A DNA stretch of 64,000 nt from a virus (Duplodnaviria > Caudoviricetes). Under the pieces are notes generated by a model that saw only the letters and a program-made list of their open reading frames with translations, was not told the origin of the DNA and searched no databases. Numbering within the stretch: the stretch's first letter is position 1; every line of letters starts with the position of its first letter. The stretch lies in IMG/VR virus record IMGVR_UViG_3300027804_000069, positions 1,353 to 65,352 of that record. One strand, given 5' to 3'. Positions 55,991 through 63,639 of this stretch are shown one piece after another. A program made the position numbers and the translations under genes.

Positions 55991-56608
55991 TTAGTATTTA
56001 TTAAAATTTTCTCTATGTCTTCTATAATACAGCAGTCCCTGACTGACATGGCTCACACTTGCTCCCGCCACTTTTAGCTTATTCCAAAGGTTTAGGTCTT
56101 CGTCACTTCTAGGTGAAGTCCTGTTGTGCTCGTATCCCCCTACGCTTAAAGCTAGTTTTACGTCATACATCATACTGCCATGATGCTGTCCTTTTCTTGA
56201 CCAATACCAATCCCCAAAATGATGGTTTACTTCTCTTGGGTAAAAATTACGGATTTCGTCCCGAAGCTCACCTGTCACAACTATGTCACAAACTATTACG
56301 TCTGTATTCTCTTTACAAAGCTGTTCTAAGGTATCAGGTCGTAACCAATTATCTGCCCCCACAAACATAACCATATCTGTAGTAACTCTCTCTAACATAT
56401 CCTGAAAATTTGCCACAACCCCTAAATTTTTGTCCCTGAGCACAAATTCTACTTCGGGATATATGCTCACTAGCTGTTGGCAATCCCCCGCAGCATCGTC
56501 CACAAATAGTACCTTATCGAATTTACGAGTTTGGCATAAAACCGATTCTATGCAATTAGCTGCCAAATGACCATAATGGTATGAGGCAATTACGCAGGTG
56601 TAAGTCAT
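55991..56608 (-). CDS. GT2-family glycosyltransferase
   Basis: VIASYHYGH...CIESVL, FVDD, GADNW, DEDLNLW. Confidence 0.85.
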   Translation of the reverse strand: MTYTCVIASYHYGHLAANCIESVLCQTRKFDKVLFVDDAAGDCQQLVSIYPEVEFVLRDKNLGVVANFQDMLERVTTDMVMFVGADNWLRPDTLEQLCKENTDVIVCDIVVTGELRDEIRNFYPREVNHHFGDWYWSRKGQHHGSMMYDVKLALSVGGYEHNRTSPRSDEDLNLWNKLKVAGASVSHVSQGLLYYRRHRENFNKY

Positions 56609-56865
56609 GATTTTTCAATTATTGTTTTTACCTCTTGCCAATGCTCTGATTCAATACCATGTTTTAATAGCTCCCTATTATATCCTTCAGCAATATATTT
56701 AGCCATGTCCTTAACAGCCCTATCAATATTAATTTCGGGTATTAAATGTAAGTTATGAGGGAAACAAGCCCATGTACCTGTCTGAATTTTAGACCTACAA
56801 TCTGATAATAAGATTATAGCGTCCTGATTGGGTGTAAATTCCATACTATTCTGTTTCATGGTCAT
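56605..56865 (-). CDS. hypothetical protein
   Basis: Operon context. Confidence 0.5.
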   Translation of the reverse strand: MTMKQNSMEFTPNQDAIILLSDCRSKIQTGTWACFPHNLHLIPEINIDRAVKDMAKYIAEGYNRELLKHGIESEHWQEVKTIIEKS

Positions 56866-57115
56866 GGTATTGTTGGTATTGATTATAGGCTTCAGGATTT
56901 ACCTGTTTTAGATATTCTAATGAATTTAGGATTCTGTCCATTTGCTTATTACTAATATGAAGCTCATGGGTTAAAGAATCTAATATTGTGCTTTGACTGT
57001 TAATATGAGTCTTTATTTCTCCGTTCTGTAACGCTAATACGATAACCCCTACAAACGCTATTGAGGATAAGAATATTACCCATAGTACGTTTTTTATTTT
57101 TTCTATTATTCTCAT
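56846..57115 (-). CDS. TM plus coiled-coil protein
   Basis: N-terminal TM. Confidence 0.55.
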   Translation of the reverse strand: MRIIEKIKNVLWVIFLSSIAFVGVIVLALQNGEIKTHINSQSTILDSLTHELHISNKQMDRILNSLEYLKQVNPEAYNQYQQYHDHETE

Positions 57116-57756
57116 AAATAAGGTTTTTTGTTATTAAGCCATAAACTTGCTCCCTTTACAGCACCTAAATTAGTATTAATATTATTAGGCACAAAATCAT
57201 ATTTATTCCTTAATTCATCGTTATTGTTCTCTGATATATGATAATTGAATGCAAGTACCTCATAATCATGAACTATACTTATTATAATATCGTTCTCGTT
57301 CCATAAACGCATTTCTGAATTATTCCTCCATTCTTTAGGATAACCGTACTGACCGAAATAATCATGGAAATGGATAATGACCCCTTCTTTTAATTTAGGC
57401 AGGACTTCATGGATAATAAAATGTACGTCACTCCCTGTTTCGTATATATGGCTTGAATCTATAAAAAGCACGTCATTACGTTCTAGCTTTTCAAATAAAT
57501 CAAAACTTACGTCCTGAACGTATGAACGTACATAATTTATATTTGGGTAGATTATTCTAGGCATTGGGTCTATGGCAGTCAGCTCGACATTTGCTCTGCT
57601 AGATAGCCATGTGGAATAACCACAACCTACCTCTATTACCCGACTAGCTCCTTTTAAAAAGTGCCAATAGGTGAGTGCGTCTAATGGAGGGAATTGGTCG
57701 TTGTGCCAATCGAACTCTTTTGGAAAGTCAGCTATGTTTAGTTCTAATGGGTTCAT
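57112..57756 (-). CDS. class I SAM methyltransferase (Methyltransf_24-like)
   Basis: IEVGCGYST, LFIDSSH, IHFHD. Confidence 0.85.
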   Translation of the reverse strand: MNPLELNIADFPKEFDWHNDQFPPLDALTYWHFLKGASRVIEVGCGYSTWLSSRANVELTAIDPMPRIIYPNINYVRSYVQDVSFDLFEKLERNDVLFIDSSHIYETGSDVHFIIHEVLPKLKEGVIIHFHDYFGQYGYPKEWRNNSEMRLWNENDIIISIVHDYEVLAFNYHISENNNDELRNKYDFVPNNINTNLGAVKGASLWLNNKKPYL

Positions 57757-57765
57757 TTTCAGGGT

Positions 57766-58278
57766 TTAGAGGTAAGGTCTGTATACTTTGTAGCACCAAT
57801 CTTGTTCGTTAGGATTTTGGCTACCCTGAGTAACACTCCAAGCCATTTCATATCCCGCTTCTTTTACGCAGTCTATTACCATTTGGTTGAAATTGCCGTA
57901 TGGGTAAGCAAAGTACTTCATTGGGAAAGGAGGGGTTATTTCCTGCATTACTTCCGTTCTGCTGAGTTTAGTTAGGTCGGGGTGAGACCAAGTATGCCAC
58001 CCAATTTTGAAATTCAGGGTTTCAGCCATTTCGTGTATTTCGTCCCATGTGCAGTACTTCTCTAATTTGGGTACATGGGCTAAATCAAAAGAATTGTCTT
58101 TTCCAACGTAGTCTCCCATGACAAAGAAAACACCGCTTTTGCCTTCGAGTACGTCTCTATTGTCGTATACGTTTTTATAGATTCCGTCAAACCCGATTAG
58201 GTCTTTACAAGCAAGTATCTGCTCCCTAGTGTGATAGTTTGAGTGGTTTTCCGTTCCAATGTTGTGTGCTAGTACCAT
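57766..58278 (-). CDS. polysaccharide deacetylase (NodB-like)
   Basis: FDGIY, IGWHTWSHPDL, FAYPYG. Confidence 0.85.
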   Translation of the reverse strand: MVLAHNIGTENHSNYHTREQILACKDLIGFDGIYKNVYDNRDVLEGKSGVFFVMGDYVGKDNSFDLAHVPKLEKYCTWDEIHEMAETLNFKIGWHTWSHPDLTKLSRTEVMQEITPPFPMKYFAYPYGNFNQMVIDCVKEAGYEMAWSVTQGSQNPNEQDWCYKVYRPYL

Positions 58279-58757
58279 TATCTTATTTTATAAAGGGTTG
58301 TTCTTTGGGTATATTCCCTATAATTAAAATTAATTGTTTTTATCGGTTCGCCAAAGTCATAATCTATTAGCCATTCTGCTATACCTGATATAAGGATATG
58401 TTTACTGCTGCATTTCATTATCATATCATAAATAGCTTTGTGGTCGTACTGAGGGTAAAGCGTTCCTGTACTTATTACAAGGTCAAACTTCCCTTCGGGT
58501 CTAGTTACAGCTTTTACGATTTGAGGTAACCTAGACATAGCGTTGTCTGATAAGTCAAGCCCGTATATTTCTGCTGCAGGTAGCTTTTCCGTTATAAAGC
58601 CTTCGCCACAGCCAATGTCCAAAGCTCTCTTATAAAGCGGTTCGTCTTCTAGTAAGCCTAGAATGAAATCACGTCTTTTGAAATCTTCAGGGTTTGAAAA
58701 GTAGCCCCATCTGTCAGGACTATCATACCAATCTTCTAGTTCTTGTTTTGTTTGCAT
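58278..58757 (-). CDS. class I SAM methyltransferase
   Basis: ALDIGCGEG, GLDLS, FDLVI. Confidence 0.85.
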   Translation of the reverse strand: MQTKQELEDWYDSPDRWGYFSNPEDFKRRDFILGLLEDEPLYKRALDIGCGEGFITEKLPAAEIYGLDLSDNAMSRLPQIVKAVTRPEGKFDLVISTGTLYPQYDHKAIYDMIMKCSSKHILISGIAEWLIDYDFGEPIKTINFNYREYTQRTTLYKIR

Positions 58758-58758
58758 C

Positions 58759-59001
58759 TTATTTAGTATAAATGTGAATAGGTGTAAATTCCCCTACATA
58801 AGCTCCTAAAATGTTATAGTCAATCCATTCTAAAGCGTCTTGCTCACACCAATCAGAGTTATTTCTTAATAGGCATTCTGCTAACTTGTCTATATCATAA
58901 ACAGCTACATATTCAGGTGTAAACCCAATAATTGCGTCATCTAGGTCATCCCAAAGAATAGCATCAGGGTTATTTTCTTTTATTTTATCAAGTATGCTCA
59001 T
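58759..59001 (-). CDS. conserved acidic phage protein
   Basis: DDAIIG...ALEWIDYNILGAYVGEFTP pattern. Confidence 0.65.
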   Translation of the reverse strand: MSILDKIKENNPDAILWDDLDDAIIGFTPEYVAVYDIDKLAECLLRNNSDWCEQDALEWIDYNILGAYVGEFTPIHIYTK

Positions 59002-59021
59002 ATAATTAAAATTAATTGTTT

Positions 59022-59429
59022 TTAGTTATAATCAGATAACCCGTTTTTATTATAGACGTAATATCTGAATGCTTTATTGTTGTACATGACATGAATAACG
59101 TACAAATTGTACTCTTTATATAATAGGAGCTGAACTATACAACTTCTGCCGTTTTCATCAATACACTTCCAACCATGACCTTTATAGGTTTCTGATATAT
59201 CGTCACCCAAATCTTCTTTTACTGAATAAAAGGACTTGGCTACGTCATTACAACTAATGTACGTTTTACCCATAGTGAACGTTATGTCGTTGAAATTAGC
59301 TTTCTCCCATTCCCATTCTTTTGTACGTTCATTCCAATACCCTATCTGATTTTTGTACGTTTCAACTTTTGATTGAGAGAAGGCACTCATGGTCAAAGTG
59401 CAGAATAAGGCAATCAATAGATTTTTCAT
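59022..59429 (-). CDS. secreted protein (Sec signal then Gln)
   Basis: MKNLLIALFCTLTMSAFS|Q. Confidence 0.7.
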   Translation of the reverse strand: MKNLLIALFCTLTMSAFSQSKVETYKNQIGYWNERTKEWEWEKANFNDITFTMGKTYISCNDVAKSFYSVKEDLGDDISETYKGHGWKCIDENGRSCIVQLLLYKEYNLYVIHVMYNNKAFRYYVYNKNGLSDYN

Positions 59430-59439
59430 GTAATTAATT

Positions 59440-59646
59440 TTAATTGTTTTTGGTCAATAATGTTTTTACTATTTCTTTCATTTCAGGGGGTATCTTGGAC
59501 GTATGTTCCCAAAATGGTAAACCTAACTTTTTAGCGTTCTTGAGTTCAAAGTAAAGTATCTGAGGAAGTTTTGACTTGTAAGAAACAACCTGAATATTGG
59601 CATTTTTAAGTCCCTCTAGTATATCCGTCTTTAATTCTCTTTTCAT
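59440..59646 (-). CDS. hypothetical protein
   Basis: Stop lies in the 21-bp repeat. Confidence 0.55.
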   Translation of the reverse strand: MKRELKTDILEGLKNANIQVVSYKSKLPQILYFELKNAKKLGLPFWEHTSKIPPEMKEIVKTLLTKNN

Positions 59647-59973
59647 TTAGAATAAAGGTATTTGTTGAAACTTCTCTTTTTCCATCACTATCTCTTGAGC
59701 TATCTGTCCCCCCTGTTGCTGTCTTTGTTCCCATTCCTCACCTCTTAATTCAGGATTGTGCTCTTGTATCTTTCTCCATATTCTAGATATGGTTTGTGGA
59801 TTGGTGAGCTTGAATGAGAATAGTGCATCATAGTAGTCTGCCTTATTTATTCCCCAAGTCATCATTTCAATGTCATGTACTTGTTTTACGACTAGCATCC
59901 AATTATCTCTTGATTCTTTGTTGTTTGTTAAAATGCTAAAAGTCATTCTTGATATGTACCCTTTATTTTGCAT
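59647..59973 (-). CDS. hypothetical protein
   Basis: Follows a repeat variant; TISRIWRKIQEHNPELRG. Confidence 0.6.
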   Translation of the reverse strand: MQNKGYISRMTFSILTNNKESRDNWMLVVKQVHDIEMMTWGINKADYYDALFSFKLTNPQTISRIWRKIQEHNPELRGEEWEQRQQQGGQIAQEIVMEKEKFQQIPLF

Positions 59974-59994
59974 AGTAATTACTTTTAATTGTTT

Positions 59995-60555
59995 TTAGAA
60001 TACATTTTTTTCGATGTCAGACTTCTCTTTATCCCTTAAAGCCATGTTCTTGATATTCTCATAAGCTATTCTTACCTGCTTGTATTTAGAAATCTGAAGG
60101 GAAATATTAGAGTTATCCAAATCAAACCAATAGGCAGCATAGGCACATTTATCACTTACAACGGCTGTCATTTCATACCCATCACCTTCTTTGTAGGGAG
60201 TATTGAACATACTATAGGAATCTTTTGGCATTCCGTAATTAGTAGAAAGTATTTGTAAATATCTATTATAATCGTCTTTCAGGTCATACCAATTTTCAAA
60301 CTTAGGCATGAACACAACGGCTTTAAATATTGTCTTACTCTTGGGAGTTATAAATAGCATAAGTTCAACTTCTCTACTAGCAACTTCCCCTTTTAGGCTT
60401 ACACCCGATTCAAAGGTTTCTGTAACTTTATAGCCTTTAGCTTTATACTTAGCTACTGCAGTAGGTAGGTCTCCACTGATTGTTACTCCGTCAAATGATT
60501 GGCAAAATGCGTTGATTGATAATAATACGAATAATGATAATAATAACTTTTTCAT
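59995..60555 (-). CDS. secreted protein (Sec signal then Gln)
   Basis: MKKLLLSLFVLLSINAFC|Q. Confidence 0.7.
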   Translation of the reverse strand: MKKLLLSLFVLLSINAFCQSFDGVTISGDLPTAVAKYKAKGYKVTETFESGVSLKGEVASREVELMLFITPKSKTIFKAVVFMPKFENWYDLKDDYNRYLQILSTNYGMPKDSYSMFNTPYKEGDGYEMTAVVSDKCAYAAYWFDLDNSNISLQISKYKQVRIAYENIKNMALRDKEKSDIEKNVF

Positions 60556-60581
60556 AATGATTGTTTTTTAAGTAATTAATT

Positions 60582-60869
60582 TTAATTGTTTTTAATTGAT
60601 TTAGAATAAATGTGAACAGCGTCAAATACTAAGTTTCTAAAAAATTCATCGACAGAAGACATATTTGTAACTATAAGTTGTACTAACTCTTTTTCTCTAC
60701 CTTCTATGTACATACCTTTGTCGTTCAATCTTATAATATTTTGCTCTTTATATTCCCAATCTTTAATTATCTCCGATAACTTTTTATGTTTAACATCAGC
60801 ATCTTTTTCGGTCTTTTTTTCGTTGCTTGGATTTTTGGTCGTTATTGGTTTTGTTTTTTTAGTAGTCAT
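60582..60869 (-). CDS. hypothetical protein (start revised to ATG 60869)
   Basis: ATG lies 6 nt after a repeat variant; the longer start overlaps the upstream gene. Confidence 0.55.
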   Translation of the reverse strand: MTTKKTKPITTKNPSNEKKTEKDADVKHKKLSEIIKDWEYKEQNIIRLNDKGMYIEGREKELVQLIVTNMSSVDEFFRNLVFDAVHIYSKSIKNN

Positions 60870-60885
60870 ATAAAAGTAATTAATT

Positions 60886-61743
60886 TTAATTGGTTTTGAA
60901 ATAAGATACATAAACCTTTTTAAGTAGCTGAATGATATCCATTTCGTCAAACTTCTTACATACGATAAATTCCCTAGCGTACTTCTTGCGTTTCTCTTCG
61001 GGGTTTTGGTCAGCAGAGGTTGGCTTAATGCGTTTTAATACGCTTTCCATGTACCTTTCCTCTTTTTCCTTTCTGAGTTTAACGTCAGCATAGTTTAAGG
61101 CTTCGTCTATTTCGTCTTTGGTTGGATTTATCTGACTTGTAGCTTTCATCCATTTGTAAATGGACTCCTGAGTGTCCCAAAAGGTATCATTCTCCTTATA
61201 GGACTCATAAATAGATATTAAGTACTCTTTGAAGACCTGACACTTATATTCAGCGGTTACTTCTGTTTTGGTATCTAAATCCCTTCTACTTTCATACCTG
61301 TGTTTGTTATGAGCTATTTCGTTTACGAGGTACATCTTTTTAGCTTCATATGACTGCATACACTTGGATATATAAAAGGCAGATATATTCTTTTGGGTTA
61401 CATACCCTACGTCAATCTTTCCGCTTATAGACCAATTCATAGCTAAACGTATGTCAGCTAGTGTGAACTTACCGAAGTTGTCATAAATGAATTGACAGAT
61501 TACAACTAACTCCGTTTCGGTAGAATCGTTGGTTACACCTAATAGAAGCCTCCATTGAGCCATGAGCTTTACTAAATTAGCCATGTCTTCTGAGTTATAG
61601 TCTTTTATGCGTTTCTCGGAGAATGTTCTAACTGCAGCTAATTCATCGTCTGTTTTTATCCATTCGCCAATTAAATTGTTGGGCTTTTGCAACGCTATCT
61701 GAGAGTTTGCTAATAGTGTCTTTTGGATTTCTAGGTTGTTCAT
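60886..61743 (-). CDS. possible replication-initiation partner (helicase-loader position)
   Basis: Directly after the replisome-organiser-like gene; function inferred from position only. Confidence 0.4.
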   Translation of the reverse strand: MNNLEIQKTLLANSQIALQKPNNLIGEWIKTDDELAAVRTFSEKRIKDYNSEDMANLVKLMAQWRLLLGVTNDSTETELVVICQFIYDNFGKFTLADIRLAMNWSISGKIDVGYVTQKNISAFYISKCMQSYEAKKMYLVNEIAHNKHRYESRRDLDTKTEVTAEYKCQVFKEYLISIYESYKENDTFWDTQESIYKWMKATSQINPTKDEIDEALNYADVKLRKEKEERYMESVLKRIKPTSADQNPEEKRKKYAREFIVCKKFDEMDIIQLLKKVYVSYFKTN

Positions 61744-61975
61744 TTAGATATTTTGTGAATTTTTGACCAAATAGGGTTTGGGGTCTAATATACTGCTCGT
61801 ATTCAGTTCCTTTCCATTGTGATAGCTTTAAGGCTGTTACTTTTCTGAAGTCTTCCAAAGTGTGCCCTTTTTCGATTAGTCCTTTCATCAGGTCTTGGGC
61901 TTCTTTGTAATTGAAGGCATTTGAAGTATGCTCCTTAAAGTAATCTAGCACATGGTTGATTTCCTCTATACTCAT
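61643..61975 (-). CDS. phage replisome-organiser-like conserved C-terminal domain
   Basis: TLEDFRKV...W...QYIRPQTLFG-x-KFTKYLN. Confidence 0.75.
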   Translation of the reverse strand: MSIEEINHVLDYFKEHTSNAFNYKEAQDLMKGLIEKGHTLEDFRKVTALKLSQWKGTEYEQYIRPQTLFGQKFTKYLNEQPRNPKDTISKLSDSVAKAQQFNWRMDKNRR

Positions 61976-62208
61976 AGTATTTCAGTTATAGGTACGTCTA
62001 ATGCGTCTGCAAACTTCTTGGCTGTATCTAGCTTTGCTATAGGTCTGAACCCGCTGCAGATATTCGATAGGTTCGTTAGGGCTATAAAGTAGCCTGTCTT
62101 TTCAAATAGGATTTCAGCAAATTCCCTTTGCGTCATTTTCCTCTCCTTTAGGATTTCCCCTAGCTTACTTCTAGTGTAGGGTTTCTGTTTCTTTTGTGTT
62201 TGTTCCAT
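61972..62208 (-). CDS. Cro/CI-type helix-turn-helix regulator
   Basis: LKERKMTQREFAE...LSNICSG...KFADALDV. Confidence 0.75.
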   Translation of the reverse strand: MEQTQKKQKPYTRSKLGEILKERKMTQREFAEILFEKTGYFIALTNLSNICSGFRPIAKLDTAKKFADALDVPITEIL

Positions 62209-62252
62209 CAGTAATTTAATTTGATTGCAATTTAATTTAATTATAATTAGTT

Positions 62253-62426
62253 TTAATTGCTTTTATTAAAATGTTCATAAATTAGTTTATGCACCGCATC
62301 CCAAAATTCATACCTGTCTTTTGAAATGTCCTTTAGCTCTCTTTTAATTTCTGAAACCATGTATAGACATTTGAGTTCATCTTTTATCCAATGTATGATT
62401 TCATGAGCTTGTTCTTGTTCGTCCAT
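62253..62426 (-). CDS. 57-aa hypothetical protein between two repeats
   Basis: Not in the track; MDEQEQAHEIIHW...HFNKSN*. Confidence 0.65.
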   Translation of the reverse strand: MDEQEQAHEIIHWIKDELKCLYMVSEIKRELKDISKDRYEFWDAVHKLIYEHFNKSN

Positions 62427-62438
62427 AAGTAATTAATT

Positions 62439-62699
62439 TTAATTGTTTTGACCAATACCTAATTCTGCCATTTTTGAATTAAGGTGATTTAATAGGTCTA
62501 CCATAAAATCAGTCTTACCATGCAGTCTTGATATTTCATACTGCTCTATTAGTAAATCTGCAAAGTGTTCAGGGTCTTTTGGTATTTCGTCTTTTCTCCT
62601 TTCAAGTAAAATAACCTCACCTGATATGATGTGTCTTTGTTTGGTACAGAAAGTATGTATGGACTCTGCAAAATAATATAGCTTTTCCTTATCGGTCAT
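62439..62699 (-). CDS. hypothetical protein
   Basis: Flanked by 21-bp repeats. Confidence 0.6.
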   Translation of the reverse strand: MTDKEKLYYFAESIHTFCTKQRHIISGEVILLERRKDEIPKDPEHFADLLIEQYEISRLHGKTDFMVDLLNHLNSKMAELGIGQNN

Positions 62700-62710
62700 A
62701 GTAATTAATT

Positions 62711-63145
62711 TTAATTGTTTTCGTCAAATAGGATTTCGACATTTGAAAGATTTGGTTTTGGCTTTGGTTTATCATAGTCAGCCTTATAGTTAAAAAAGAG
62801 GCTTAGTTGCTCTTCATACTTTTCGTCATGCTCCTCCTGACTATACTGAATGTCCATATTTTCAAGAACGACACTATTCCAAATTGCGTATATGTATTGG
62901 GTCTTTACTTGTAAAGCACCACCCATATTCAATACTATAACCTTCTTTCTCCTTTCTAGTCTGAGGCTTTTGTGATTTATTATATCTGAAATTTCTTGGG
63001 GCTGATAAACCTCTTTGTATTTTTTATACCAATCGGTAGCCTCTTCATCGGTTTTAAAAAAATCGGTGTCAAAGTACATATCGTCTACTTTGAAAATGTA
63101 CTGACTAGTTCCGTTGGTCGTTTTCTTTTCTAATTTGAAATTCAT
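62711..63145 (-). CDS. hypothetical protein
   Basis: Stop lies in the 21-bp repeat. Confidence 0.6.
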   Translation of the reverse strand: MNFKLEKKTTNGTSQYIFKVDDMYFDTDFFKTDEEATDWYKKYKEVYQPQEISDIINHKSLRLERRKKVIVLNMGGALQVKTQYIYAIWNSVVLENMDIQYSQEEHDEKYEEQLSLFFNYKADYDKPKPKPNLSNVEILFDENN

Positions 63146-63163
63146 GGTGTTTGCTTTTATGGT

Positions 63164-63394
63164 TTAAAAATATTTAGGGAAATCGGATTTGTGACCGATG
63201 TGAATAAAAGAATCTCTTTTGAATGAATCAGGGAGCATTTGAAATACGTCCCCTTTGTCTGTAACGAAGTATTCGCTGCCACCTAGCGTGTTAAACATAT
63301 CTAGGGCATCTTTTGGCATTCCATAGCCGAAGGTGAATACATTGGTTGCTGTACGCTGAAGGTACTTGCGTGATAGGATTTTGGCTTTTGTCAT
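63164..63394 (-). CDS. hypothetical early protein
   Basis: AACCATTTAAACC-ATG leader shared with 63406..63639. Confidence 0.55.
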   Translation of the reverse strand: MTKAKILSRKYLQRTATNVFTFGYGMPKDALDMFNTLGGSEYFVTDKGDVFQMLPDSFKRDSFIHIGHKSDFPKYF

Positions 63395-63405
63395 GGTTTA
63401 AATGG

Positions 63406-63639
63406 TTATTTGGTGATAATTTCAAAAGTGTAGTTACCGCTTTTGTCGGCTCTTGTAAACATTTGGTGTAGACCTTCAGCCTCATTTCGATTTTGGAGCT
63501 GTGCGTCACTTTCATGACTCCAATGCTCTGACTGACCTAGAGCACCCAAGTCTATATGACCTGCAAAGTAGCGTACTTGGTTTAGATACCTTTGATTGGA
63601 AGATTTGACTCTAGTTCTTTTGATAACGTAGCTTTTCAT
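63406..63639 (-). CDS. hypothetical early protein
   Basis: First ORF after the right-end non-coding region. Confidence 0.55.
   Translation of the reverse strand: MKSYVIKRTRVKSSNQRYLNQVRYFAGHIDLGALGQSEHWSHESDAQLQNRNEAEGLHQMFTRADKSGNYTFEIITK

Larger units (their letters stand above)
53787..62721 (-). repeat. dispersed 21-bp repeat AAAACAATTAAAATTAATTAC at gene junctions
   Basis: Exact copies at + coordinates 53787, 53978, 59430, 60572, 62429, 62701; variants at ~58321, ~59002, 59975, 60876, ~62243. Confidence 0.85.

Noticed and set aside
53787-62721. 21-bp repeats as a CRISPR array or integron attC sites
   Set aside because: Spacing is irregular (about 190 bp to over 4 kb) with whole genes between copies. 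No cas or integrase gene is present, and there is no attC RYYYAAC/GTTRRRY structure.
84-63515. Numerous short + strand ORFs antisense to minus-strand genes (e.g. 84..362, 1622..1912, 28121..28423, 43296..43845) and nested minus ORFs (44972..45190, 63291..63515)
   Set aside because: They lie wholly within better-supported, coupled genes and have no recognisable motifs.
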